Part shown: positions 44,981 through 53,924 of the stretch, piece by piece
Numbering within the stretch: the first letter of the stretch is position 1
Layout of the letters: every line of letters starts with the position of its first letter
Assembly: GCA_963789955.1 (NCBI GenBank)
Contig: CAWBMV010000017.1
Coordinates: 99,716-163,715 of the forward strand
DNA from: an uncultured Candidatus Rokubacteria bacterium
GTDB lineage: Bacteria > Methylomirabilota > Methylomirabilia > Rokubacteriales > CSP1-6
Length of the DNA: 64,000 nucleotides
Reading direction: 5' to 3'
The notes under the pieces: generated by a model
Told to the model about the DNA's origin: nothing
Database searches by the model: none
What the model saw: the letters and a program-made list of their open reading frames with translations, nothing else
Made by a program: the position numbers and the translations under genes

Positions 44981-45849
44981 CGTCCGGGCCGACGCCGCAG
45001 TCGCCTCAGCACGGCGAGATTGCGGAGATCGGCCGCAGGTTCGGGCTCTTTGGGCGTCTCCAGGACCTTCGGCACCCGGACGAAGCGGCGGTCGTTCAGC
45101 AAGAGCCGGAACGGCGCCAGTCCGAGACGCCCGCGGCCGATGTTCTCGTGACGATCGAGCCCTGAGCCGAGCGGCGCCTTGGCGTCGTTCAGATGGAACG
45201 CCAGCACGCGGCGACGCCCCACCGTGGCCTCGCACTCGGCCATCGCACGGTGGTATCCGGCCTCGGTGCGGAGATCGTAGCCGGCGGCGAAAAGATGGCA
45301 CGTGTCGAGACAGACGCCCAGGCGCTCCGGTCGAGCGGCGCGCTCGAGCAAGGTCGCGAGCTCGCCGAACGTCCGGCCGATCGTATTCCCCGCTCCCGCG
45401 GTGTTCTCGAGCGCGACCTTCACGCGGTAGCCCGCGGTGCGCGCCAGCGATTCGTCGAGTGCGGCGGTGACCCGAGCGAGCCCGGCCTCCAGGCCGGTGC
45501 CCATATGAGAGCCGGGATGGATGACGACGCACGAGAGCCCGAGCGCTTCGGCGCGCTCGAGCTCGTCCGTGAACGCGGCCACCGCCTGTGACCACAGGCC
45601 GGAGTGCGGGTTCCCGAGATTGATGAGGTAGCTCGAGTGGGCGAAGACGTGCCGGATCACGTGCGTCCGGCGCGCCGCCCGGAACGCCCGCACCTCGTCC
45701 GCCTCGAGGGGCCTGGCGGCCCACTGGCGCTGGTTTTTCAGAAAGATCTGGACCGCGCCGCAGCCGACCGCGCGGCCGCGCTCGAGGGCGCGATGGAGGC
45801 CGCCGGCGATGGACATGTGGGCCCCGATCTCGTCGCGGCGCTGTGTCAT
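44977..45849 (-). CDS. nfo: Endonuclease IV
   Basis: Motifs GAHMSIAGG, HSSYLINL, HPGSH, LENTAG, DTCH, HLND, DRHENIG, LETP. Confidence 0.95.
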   Translation of the reverse strand: MTQRRDEIGAHMSIAGGLHRALERGRAVGCGAVQIFLKNQRQWAARPLEADEVRAFRAARRTHVIRHVFAHSSYLINLGNPHSGLWSQAVAAFTDELERAEALGLSCVVIHPGSHMGTGLEAGLARVTAALDESLARTAGYRVKVALENTAGAGNTIGRTFGELATLLERAARPERLGVCLDTCHLFAAGYDLRTEAGYHRAMAECEATVGRRRVLAFHLNDAKAPLGSGLDRHENIGRGRLGLAPFRLLLNDRRFVRVPKVLETPKEPEPAADLRNLAVLRRLRRRPGR

Positions 45850-45883
45850 GGCGGTCACGGTAGCACTCTGCTATTCTGCCTCC

Positions 45884-46855
45884 ATGAAACCTTTCACGGT
45901 CCCCTCGGCGTACACGACGACGTTCACCCTCGAGTACGGCGTCGCCGAGGCCGACATGCGGCGACTCTACGAGAACGCCAAGCGCGATCAGTGGAACGCC
46001 TCCAAGGACGTTCCCTGGGCCGACCCGTTTCCGTCGGACGGGCGCGTGATCGCGGACGAGCTGATCGACATCTACGGCAGCCCGCTCTGGGACAACCTGC
46101 CGGAAGCCGATCGCGTCGCGTTGAATCGCCGCATCGCCGCCTGGCGGCTCTCGGTGCTGATGCACGGTGAGCAGGGTGCCCTGCTAGCGTGCAGCCAGAT
46201 GGTGGACATCGTGCAGGGGGCCGACGAGAAGTTCTTCCAGGCCACCCAGGTGGTGGACGAGGCGCGCCACAACGAAGTGCTGAGCCGCTACCTCACCGAT
46301 CGTCTCGAGGGTCTGACGTACCCGATGCCGGCGAACGAGAAAGACCTCTTCGACTCGATCCTGTCGGAGAGCCGCTGGTACCTGAAGACGATCGCGCTGC
46401 AGCTCGTGGCCGAGACGTTCGCCGTCGCGCTGTTCAAGATGATGAGCGAGAGCGCCCGCGATCCGGTCCTCGGCACGATCTGCAAGCGGATCCTCCAGGA
46501 CGAGTCGCGCCACATGGGATTCGGCATGCTGGCGCTCCCCAAGGTGGTGAACGAGGCGTCGGCGAGCGAGCGGCGCGAGCTCGAGGACTACACGTGCTTC
46601 GCGCTCGAGAAGACCTTGATGGGCTTCTTCCCGCTCGAGGCCTACCAGGACGTCGGCTTCACGCCGAAGCAGATCGAAGAGGTCAAGCGCTATCGGCGCG
46701 AGACGGCCGCGGCGAACGACTACGCGCCGTTCCGCAAGTACTTCAAGAAGGACATGCACGGCGCGATGGTGTCGAACCTCGCCCGGCTCGGCCTCCTGAC
46801 CGAGCGCGTGCGGCCGCGGCTCGAAAAGCTCGGCGTCAGCCTGCCGGCGAGCTGA
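45884..46855 (+). CDS. Ferritin-like diiron protein (AurF/oxygenase-like)
   Basis: HGEQGAL...DEARH...VAE...DESRH diiron ligand pattern. Confidence 0.8.
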   Translation: MKPFTVPSAYTTTFTLEYGVAEADMRRLYENAKRDQWNASKDVPWADPFPSDGRVIADELIDIYGSPLWDNLPEADRVALNRRIAAWRLSVLMHGEQGALLACSQMVDIVQGADEKFFQATQVVDEARHNEVLSRYLTDRLEGLTYPMPANEKDLFDSILSESRWYLKTIALQLVAETFAVALFKMMSESARDPVLGTICKRILQDESRHMGFGMLALPKVVNEASASERRELEDYTCFALEKTLMGFFPLEAYQDVGFTPKQIEEVKRYRRETAAANDYAPFRKYFKKDMHGAMVSNLARLGLLTERVRPRLEKLGVSLPAS

Positions 46856-47306
46856 CCGGCCCGACCAGCTCGCCGAGCCGTAAGGTTCGGTAGCGCCACA
46901 TCTCGGCGATCTGCCGGCGCACGAGCATGGTGTGCGCCACGCGCCCGAGCGGTCCCAGCGGCAGCCGATACGTCACCCGATCTTCCACCCACGTCCCGCC
47001 GCCTTCCTCGAGAAAGCGGTGGCGATGCTCCCAGCGCGCGTACGGACCGCGCACCTGCACGTCGACGAATCGATACGGCGGATCCCACTCGCGGATGAAC
47101 GCGCGCCAGCTCACCGGCACGCCGAGCCAGGACATCCTGAGATCGACGACGGCACCGGCCGAGAGCGCCGGCGGGCCGGCGACGATCGCGAGACGAAACG
47201 CCGGCGGTGTGAGGAGCACGAGGTTCTCGGCCGCGGCGAAGAACGAGAAGACGTCGGGGCGCGCCCTGGCGAGCCACACGCGCGACTCGAGGATGTAGTC
47301 GGCCAT
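46836..47306 (-). CDS. SRPBCC family protein
   Basis: VFSFF...ENLVLLTPP...FVDVQVRGPYARWEHRHRF...DRVTYRLP. Confidence 0.85.
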   Translation of the reverse strand: MADYILESRVWLARARPDVFSFFAAAENLVLLTPPAFRLAIVAGPPALSAGAVVDLRMSWLGVPVSWRAFIREWDPPYRFVDVQVRGPYARWEHRHRFLEEGGGTWVEDRVTYRLPLGPLGRVAHTMLVRRQIAEMWRYRTLRLGELVGPVSSPAG

Positions 47307-47329
47307 GACGCGCGGGCTATGATAGGCAG

Positions 47330-48340
47330 GTGCCCGGAGCGAGTCAAACACGCGCCTACGTGACTCTGCTCCTGAGCGTGGCGCTGTGGGGAAGCTTTCC
47401 GGCCACCGCGAAGCTGGCGCTCGTCGATTTCCCGCCGTTTTTTCTGGCCGCCGTCCGCTGCACCGCCGCGTCGTGCTTCCTGCTCCTGCTGCTGGCGCGC
47501 TCGTCGAGCGACACGATCCGCGGGCTCGGCCCGGGCGCCGCCGGCACGTTCCTCGTGCTGGGTGCGGCCGGCATCTGGGGCTCGATGCAGTTCACGTATC
47601 TCGCGATCTACAACACGACCGCCGGCAACGCTGTCATCCTCCAGGCCGCCACCCCGGTCATCGTCGTGCTGATCGCGCGCTTCTACCTGGGGGAGCGCCT
47701 GCTTCGCGTGCAGTGGCTCGGCGTCGCCGCCTCGGTGCTGGGCGTCCTGCTGGTCATCACGCGCGGCCCCTTCGCCATGCTGCAGCCGGCCGAGCTGCAC
47801 TCCGGCGACTTCATCACGCTGCTGTCGCTCTGCAGCTGGGCGGTCTATACGGTCTACGGCAAGCGCGTGCTCGCCTCGTACTCTCCACTGCTCGCGACGA
47901 CCGCCGCGTACATCATGGGCACGTTGCTGGTCCTGCCGACTGCCGCGATCACGGCGCCGCTCTTTCCCACGCCGCGTCTGGCGTCGCTGACGGCGTGGAC
48001 GATCGTCTTCTACCAGGGCATCCTCGGCGCGGTCGCTCACATCTGGTGGTACGAGGCCGTGCTGGTGGTCGGGCCGAGCCAGGCCGCGATCTTCACCAAC
48101 CTGCAGCCGATCATCGGCATCGTCCTCGCCCCGCTCTTGCTCGGCGAGCGCATCGGCATCTGGCACGTCATCGGCACTCTCTTCATCCTGGCCGGCGTCG
48201 GCCTCACCACCCGCCCCTTCTCCCCGCAAATCCCCCGCCGCCCCAACCCGCACCACCACGCGACCAACGCACAGAGCCCGACAATCGATCCCGAACTAGA
48301 CCGCAAGAAGACCCCGGACAGAACCGCCACGACGATTTGA
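47330..48340 (+). CDS. DMT/EamA family transporter
   Basis: About ten TM helices; LWGSFPATAK, FYLGERL, FTNLQP, LLLGE. Confidence 0.88.
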   Translation: MPGASQTRAYVTLLLSVALWGSFPATAKLALVDFPPFFLAAVRCTAASCFLLLLLARSSSDTIRGLGPGAAGTFLVLGAAGIWGSMQFTYLAIYNTTAGNAVILQAATPVIVVLIARFYLGERLLRVQWLGVAASVLGVLLVITRGPFAMLQPAELHSGDFITLLSLCSWAVYTVYGKRVLASYSPLLATTAAYIMGTLLVLPTAAITAPLFPTPRLASLTAWTIVFYQGILGAVAHIWWYEAVLVVGPSQAAIFTNLQPIIGIVLAPLLLGERIGIWHVIGTLFILAGVGLTTRPFSPQIPRRPNPHHHATNAQSPTIDPELDRKKTPDRTATTI

Positions 48341-48379
48341 AGGCGCAGGGGTGAGAGCTCTGACGCCGAGGGTTAGAGA

Positions 48380-48523
48380 GCCGGTGCGGCGGGAGGGCGG
48401 CGTGGGGGGTGCGATCAGCGGAGTGGGACCCCCTCGTCCCGCCCGCGGCTCGCAGAGCCGCGAATCAGGCGAGTGGGTGACGGAGCCGATCGCACCCCCC
48501 GCGCCCTCCCGCGCCGTACCGGC
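48380..48523. repeat. About 144-bp REP/MITE-like element with long imperfect terminal inverted repeats
   Basis: GCCGGTGCGGCGGGAGGGCG..GGGGGGTGCGATC pairs with GATCGCACCCCCC.GCGCCCTCCCGCGCCGTACCGGC; internal hairpin CGCGGCTC-GCA-GAGCCGCG. Confidence 0.7.
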
Positions 48524-48549
48524 GAAGCTACGCAGCGGGGACGTGAGAG

Positions 48550-49019
48550 CTAGACCGAGTTTGCGAATCTCGGAGAGGATCTTGTCCGGCTCGGGCAAGC
48601 TCCCCTTTGCCGTACCGCTCGATGAACCGGATCTTGCCCTGCTTGTCCACGATGAAGGTCGCGCGCACGTTCGCGTTCCACTCCGGCCAGAAGACGCCGT
48701 AGTCCCTGGCCGCCGTGCGGTGGACGTCCGAGAGGAGCGGATAGCGGCTGATGCCGACGGACTTGGCCCAATTGTCGTGGCTGAACGGGCTGTCAGTGCT
48801 GATACCCAGCACCTGGGTATTGACTGCCTCAAAGTCGCCGATGCGCCTATCGAAGGCAGGCATGCAGGTGCTTCAGCCCGGCGTCCAGTCGAGCGGATAG
48901 AAGAGGATGACGACGTTCTTGCCGCGGAATTCGGCGAGGCCGACCTCCTTGAGCCCGATCGTCCTCAGCGTGAAGTCGGGCGCGGTGTCACCGACGTTCA
49001 GGACTTTGGTCTCAGTCAA
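48550..49019 (-). CDS. Selenocysteine-containing peroxiredoxin (AhpC/TSA, AhpE-like); in-frame TGA at 48873-48875; C-terminal frameshift near 48600
   Basis: TTG 49019 gives MTETKVLNVGDTAPDFTL...VVILFYPLDWTPG-TGA-STCMPAF...VLGISTDSPFSHDNWA...YPLLSD...RATFIVDKQGKIRF...LPEPDKILSEIRKLG. Confidence 0.88.
48789..48863 (-). promoter_or_regulatory. Candidate SECIS / recoding structure 3' of the UGA
   Basis: Hairpin ATGC-CT-GCCT-TCGAT-AGGC-GCAT begins 9 nt after the UGA. A second hairpin is ATACCCAG-GTG-CTGGGTAT. Confidence 0.55.
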
Positions 49020-49945
49020 TCCGGGAACCCCCCTTTCGCGAATTTTCGCGGTGTGCGGTCGTTCATCCTAACACGCGAATCCGCGACCCGTGCCGGGGGC
49101 TTGCGCACGGCGGCCCATGCCCGGTTCCGTCGGCTCTCGAGCGCGGCGACGTCGACGCCGAGAAACGCGGCGGCCGTGACGACCCGCTTGGTCTCCCACA
49201 AACGCGCGAAGCGCTCGGCGTATCCCGCGTCGCGCAGCGCGTGATGATCCATGATGACGCGACACCCCGTCGCTTCGATCACGCGGATGAGCTGGTCGAT
49301 CGCGCGCTCGATCGCGTCGCGGCCGACGTCGCGCTCGAGATAGGACACCGGCCCGGACAGATACAGGAGCGTCGGGCGCTGCTGGATGAGATACGCCGCC
49401 GCGACGGCGGACGCCGGGCCCTGGAGATCCGAGGCGAACACGAACCGCTCGCGCTCCGCCGGGTCGACGATCGTCAGCGCGACGATCGAGCCGAAGGGCG
49501 AGCCGTCGACGCCGTGCGGCAGCGGAGGCGAGACGCAAAGCTCCAGGTCCGCCTCCCGGCGGTGAGCGCCGTCGGCGCGCTCGACCTTCGCCTGCCCGTC
49601 GAGCGCCTTCCACAGCGCTTCCCCGCGCTGAGCCTGTTTGCCGCTGATCATCCGGCGCGGGTCCTTGGCGAGCACGATCCGCCCGGCATACGACACGGGA
49701 TCCGACCGGAAGTGGTCCTCGTGGTAGTGGCTCACGAAGACGAAGCTGGAGCGCGACGCGTAGGCCGAGATCCGATCGTTCGCCCGGCGGAGCGCTTGCC
49801 ACTCGTCCTCGGTCGGGGGCAACCCGAAGCGCGCGGGTGCCAGGGTCGCGCCGGGATCGATGAGGATCCCCGTTCGCCCGACTTCGACGTACGTCGCCAT
49901 CGAGCGGACGCCGAGCGATTCGGCGGCGAGCGGAATGACCTTCAT
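49016..49945 (-). CDS. Metallo-beta-lactamase-fold hydrolase (UPF0282-like)
   Basis: MKVIPLAAESLGVRSMAT, IDPG..LAPARFGLPP, SHYHEDH, PLPHG, ASDLQGP, DHHALRD. Confidence 0.82.
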   Translation of the reverse strand: MKVIPLAAESLGVRSMATYVEVGRTGILIDPGATLAPARFGLPPTEDEWQALRRANDRISAYASRSSFVFVSHYHEDHFRSDPVSYAGRIVLAKDPRRMISGKQAQRGEALWKALDGQAKVERADGAHRREADLELCVSPPLPHGVDGSPFGSIVALTIVDPAERERFVFASDLQGPASAVAAAYLIQQRPTLLYLSGPVSYLERDVGRDAIERAIDQLIRVIEATGCRVIMDHHALRDAGYAERFARLWETKRVVTAAAFLGVDVAALESRRNRAWAAVRKPPARVADSRVRMNDRTPRKFAKGGFPD

Positions 49946-49961
49946 GCGCGATCGGGTGCCG

Positions 49962-50723
49962 CTAGATGCAGCGGCCGCCGTCCACCTCGACGCACGTGCC
50001 GGTGATCATCGCCGCATCGTCCGAGGCCAGGAAGACGGCGGTTCGCGCGAGATCCTCGGGCTGGTTGAGACGGCCGAGCGGAACCGTGGCGACGTAGCGA
50101 GCGCGGCTTTCGTCGTCCACCGCGCGCTTGCCCATGAACGCCGGCAGCATCGGGGTGTCGGTCGCGACCGGCGCGATCGAGACGACCCGCACGCCATCGC
50201 CGGCGGCCTCGAGCGCCAGGCTCTTGGTCAAGGTGACGACGGCTCCCTTGGACGCCGCGTACGCCTGCATGCCGGGCCGCGGTCTGATGGCGGCGGTCGA
50301 CGCCGTGATCAGGAACACCCCGCGCCGCTGCTTCTTCATGATCGGCAGGGCGTACTTCGCGCCGAGCCATACGCTCTTGACGTTGACGGCCATGATCCGG
50401 TCGAAGAGCGCCTCGTCGACATCCTCGACGTTCTGGGGCGACTGCGGGACACCGGCGTTGGCGAAGAAGACGTCGAGCCGTCCCCAGGTGGCCACCGCCT
50501 TCTCCACGACCATCTGGTTGTCGGCGGCGCGGGTGACGTCCGCCCGCACGGCCACCGCCTGACCCCCGGCCTTCTCGATCTGCTCGACCGTGGACTTGGC
50601 GCTCGCTTCGTTCAGGTCGACCACGACCACACGCGCCCCTTCCTTCGCCATCGCCAGCGCCGAGGCGGCGCCGATACCCGAGCCCGCGCCCGTGATCACC
50701 GCGACCCTTCCGTCGAGTCTCAT
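49962..50723 (-). CDS. Short-chain dehydrogenase/reductase
   Basis: Motifs TGAGSGIG, NAG, YAASK, VDGG. Confidence 0.93.
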   Translation of the reverse strand: MRLDGRVAVITGAGSGIGAASALAMAKEGARVVVVDLNEASAKSTVEQIEKAGGQAVAVRADVTRAADNQMVVEKAVATWGRLDVFFANAGVPQSPQNVEDVDEALFDRIMAVNVKSVWLGAKYALPIMKKQRRGVFLITASTAAIRPRPGMQAYAASKGAVVTLTKSLALEAAGDGVRVVSIAPVATDTPMLPAFMGKRAVDDESRARYVATVPLGRLNQPEDLARTAVFLASDDAAMITGTCVEVDGGRCI

Positions 50724-50747
50724 CTCCGAGCCTCCAAGCTTCCGTCG

Positions 50748-51767
50748 TTACAGGGCTAGTTCGGCCATCGTGCGAGCCGCCAGGCGGTCGCCCGCCACCA
50801 TGAGCGTCGTCACGCCCGAGGAGCGCCACTCGCTCACGAGCTCGCGGATCCGCTCGCGCGGACCACACAGCGCGACCTCGTCCACGAGAGCGTCGGGTAC
50901 GGCCGCTTCGGCTTCCGGCTTGCGGCCGGCGAGGTAGAGATCCTGGACCTTCTTCGCCGCCTCCTCGTAGCCGTAGCGGCACGCGATGTCGTTGTAGAAG
51001 TTGCGGCCGCGCGCGCCCATGCCGCCGACGTACAACGCGAGCCTGGCCTTCACGCTCGCCCGGCACGCGGCGACGTCGTCACCGACGACCACCGCGACCA
51101 TCGGCATGACGTCGAAGGCCGCGGGCGCCGCGCCGCGGGCGCTGAAGCCCGCCTGCAGCCACTCGCGGAACATCGTCATGCGCCGGACCGAGAAGAACGT
51201 CGGAATCCAGCCGTCGGCGATCTCCGCGGAGAGGGCGACGTTCCTGGGGCCGACCGCGGCCAGGTAGATGGGCAGGTCGGCCCGGCCGTGCAGAATCGAC
51301 TTGAGGGGCTTGCCGAGGCCCGTCGCGTCGGAGCCCGCGTAGGGGATCTGGTAGTAGTCGCCGCGATGCTCCACCGGCTTCTCCCGCCGGAGGATGTCCC
51401 GCACGATCGCGACGTACTCGCGCGTGCGCTGGAGCGGCCGGCCGAACGGCTGGCCGTGCCATCCCTCGACCACCTGGGGTCCCGACACTCCGAGCCCGAG
51501 CCGGAAGCGGCCGCCGGAAAGACCGTCGAGCGTCATGGCGGTCATCGCCGTCGCGGCCGGCGTGCGCCCGGCCATCTGCATGATCCCGGTGCCGACGTGG
51601 ATGCGCGTGGTCAACGCCGCGATCCACGCGACGGGTGTCACGGCGTCGGAGCCGTAGGACTCGGCCGACCAGATCGAGTCGTAGCCCAGCCGCTCGACCT
51701 CGCGGACGAGATCCATGTCGAGCGTCATGCGAGCACCCGAGTAGCCGAGGGTGAGCGCTAGCCGCAC
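50748..51767 (-). CDS. LLM-class F420-dependent oxidoreductase
   Basis: [45 protein letters not shown]. Confidence 0.9.
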   Translation of the reverse strand: MRLALTLGYSGARMTLDMDLVREVERLGYDSIWSAESYGSDAVTPVAWIAALTTRIHVGTGIMQMAGRTPAATAMTAMTLDGLSGGRFRLGLGVSGPQVVEGWHGQPFGRPLQRTREYVAIVRDILRREKPVEHRGDYYQIPYAGSDATGLGKPLKSILHGRADLPIYLAAVGPRNVALSAEIADGWIPTFFSVRRMTMFREWLQAGFSARGAAPAAFDVMPMVAVVVGDDVAACRASVKARLALYVGGMGARGRNFYNDIACRYGYEEAAKKVQDLYLAGRKPEAEAAVPDALVDEVALCGPRERIRELVSEWRSSGVTTLMVAGDRLAARTMAELAL

Positions 51768-52134
51768 GCGAGGCGCTCCGGATCGAAGCCCCGCCTCGAA
51801 CGGCGAGGTCCCACGGTCACGGCTCGCCGGCCGGCGGCGCCGTTCTGCCATCGAAACCGGCTCATGACGACCCGTCCGCGTCGGAACACGATGCCCTCCT
51901 GCTCGAGCCGGATCCGCTGGGTGACCATGCCCGTCATCCTCGAGCGGCGGCTGATGCCGCCCTGCGAGTTGACGACGCGATGCCACGGAACCCCGTCGGC
52001 CCGGCTCATCACCTGCCCCACCGCGCGCGCCGAGCGAGGCTTCCCGACGAGCGCCGCGATCTGGCCGTAGGTCGCGACGCGTCCGCGCGGAATCCGTCGG
52101 ACCTGCGAGAGCACGGCCGCGTGTCGAATCTCAC
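51758..52134 (-). CDS. Alkyltransferase-like (ATL/MGMT family) protein
   Basis: [13 protein letters not shown]...ARAVG...VPWHRVVN; Trp replaces the catalytic Cys. Start may be GTG 52134 with a frameshift, or 52114. Confidence 0.85.
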
Positions 52135-53924
52135 GCCGACGCGGCCCCCGTCTGCAGCTCGTAGAGCCTCGCGTAGAGGCCGCCGAGCCGCAGGAGCTCG
52201 GTGTGGGTTCCGTCTTCGTGGACCCGGCCGCGGTGCAATACCAAGATTCGATCGGCGGCGTGGACCGTCGAGAGCCGATGCGCGATGGTGATGCTCGTTC
52301 GCCCCGCGAGAAGTCCAGTCATCGCCTGCCGGATGAGCGCTTCGGATTCAGGATCGACACTCGACGTCGCTTCGTCCAGGACGAGAACGGCCGGATTGTA
52401 CACGAGGGCCCGGGCGATGGCCAGCAGCTGGCGCTGGCCATGCGAGACGTTCGCCCCGCGCTCGCCCAGGAGCTCGCCGAGACCCCGGGGCAGATCGGTG
52501 ACGAAGCCCGCGCGCGAGGTTTCGATCGCCCGCGCGAGGTCCGCCGGTGACACCGCGCCGTCGGCGCCGAGGCGAAGATTCTCCTCGATCGTTCCCGCGA
52601 AGAGGACGCTGTCCTGGAAGATGATGCCGACGTGACGCCGGAGGCTCGCCAGATCCCACTCGCGGACGTCGACGCCGTCCACCAGGACGCGTCCCTGGCG
52701 GACGTCGTAGGAACGATTCAGCAGGCGCGCGCAGGTCGTCTTGCCTTCGCCGGTGGCACCGACGATCGCGACGCGCTCGCCGGGCGCCACGCGGAACGAG
52801 CAGTCGCGCAGCACCCAATCGTCCCGGTCGTACGCGAACCACACGGAATCCAGCTCGATCGCCGGCGCGCCCGACCTCGCCGGCCGCGGACGCGGCGCCG
52901 CCGGCGACACGATCGCGGGAGCGCGATCGAGCAGGCCGAAGATGCGCTCGGACGACGCCATCGCCCACTGCATCACCGTGTACTTGGCGCCGAGATCGCG
53001 GATGGGCAGGAAGAAGCGACTGGTGTACTGGATGAACGCGACGAGCGCGCCGAACGTCAGGGACTCGGCCACGATTCGGCCGCTCCCGTACCAGATCAGG
53101 AGCGCCAGCGCGATCGACCCGAGCGCTTCGACCACCGCATAGAGCGAGGCCTCCCATCGCGTCGAGCCGAAGAGCGCCTGCCGGTATTCGGTGTTGAGCC
53201 GGCGGAATCGCTCACGCTCGTAGCGCTCGCGCACGAAGAGCTGCACGACGGTCATGCCCTGGAGCGATTCCTGGAGGAAGCCGTTCAGGCGCGCCAGGCG
53301 CCGGCGGACCTCGCGGTAGGCATCCCGGGCGTTCAGCCGGAAGTACGTGGCCACGATCAGGAGCACCGGCATCAACGAGAACGTCACCAGCGCCAGGCGC
53401 CAGTCGATCCAGAGCATCACGGCCACGACACCCGTCAGGGTGACGATGTCGGCCACGACCGCAAAGAGGCCGCTCGTGAACGCCTCGCTGACGGCCTCGA
53501 CGTCGTGGAGCACGCGGGTCATCAACCGTCCGACCGGGTTTCGGTCGAAGAAGCGCGCCTCCAGGCGCAGGAGATGATCGAAGATCGTCTCGCGCAGGTC
53601 GTGGATCACGCGCTGGCCGGTGAGCTGCATCAAGTAGGCCTCGAGCGTCCGGAGCGCGTAGAGCACCGCGAGCACGGCGACGTAGAGGCCGGCGACCCTC
53701 GTCAGGCCGACCCAGTCCGACTTCAAGATGTGCTCGTCGATCGCGACCTTCAGAAGCCACGGCTGGGCGAGCTCGACGACCGCCACGAGCGGGAAGAGCA
53801 GTAGCGATCCGCCGATCAGCCCGCGGTGCGGGCGCGCGGCTTCCATGAGCCGGACGGCCAGCCGCCGGTCGAACGCGCGACCGAGCTGCTCCTCGGCCTC
53901 GGGATCGTAGGCCGCATCAGGCAC
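52131..53924 (-). CDS. ABC exporter, fused permease/ATPase (heterodimer subunit B)
   Basis: TM domain plus GATGEGKTT, VSHGQRQLL, LDEATSSVD, IAHRLST. Confidence 0.92.
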   Translation of the reverse strand: MPDAAYDPEAEEQLGRAFDRRLAVRLMEAARPHRGLIGGSLLLFPLVAVVELAQPWLLKVAIDEHILKSDWVGLTRVAGLYVAVLAVLYALRTLEAYLMQLTGQRVIHDLRETIFDHLLRLEARFFDRNPVGRLMTRVLHDVEAVSEAFTSGLFAVVADIVTLTGVVAVMLWIDWRLALVTFSLMPVLLIVATYFRLNARDAYREVRRRLARLNGFLQESLQGMTVVQLFVRERYERERFRRLNTEYRQALFGSTRWEASLYAVVEALGSIALALLIWYGSGRIVAESLTFGALVAFIQYTSRFFLPIRDLGAKYTVMQWAMASSERIFGLLDRAPAIVSPAAPRPRPARSGAPAIELDSVWFAYDRDDWVLRDCSFRVAPGERVAIVGATGEGKTTCARLLNRSYDVRQGRVLVDGVDVREWDLASLRRHVGIIFQDSVLFAGTIEENLRLGADGAVSPADLARAIETSRAGFVTDLPRGLGELLGERGANVSHGQRQLLAIARALVYNPAVLVLDEATSSVDPESEALIRQAMTGLLAGRTSITIAHRLSTVHAADRILVLHRGRVHEDGTHTELLRLGGLYARLYELQTGAASA

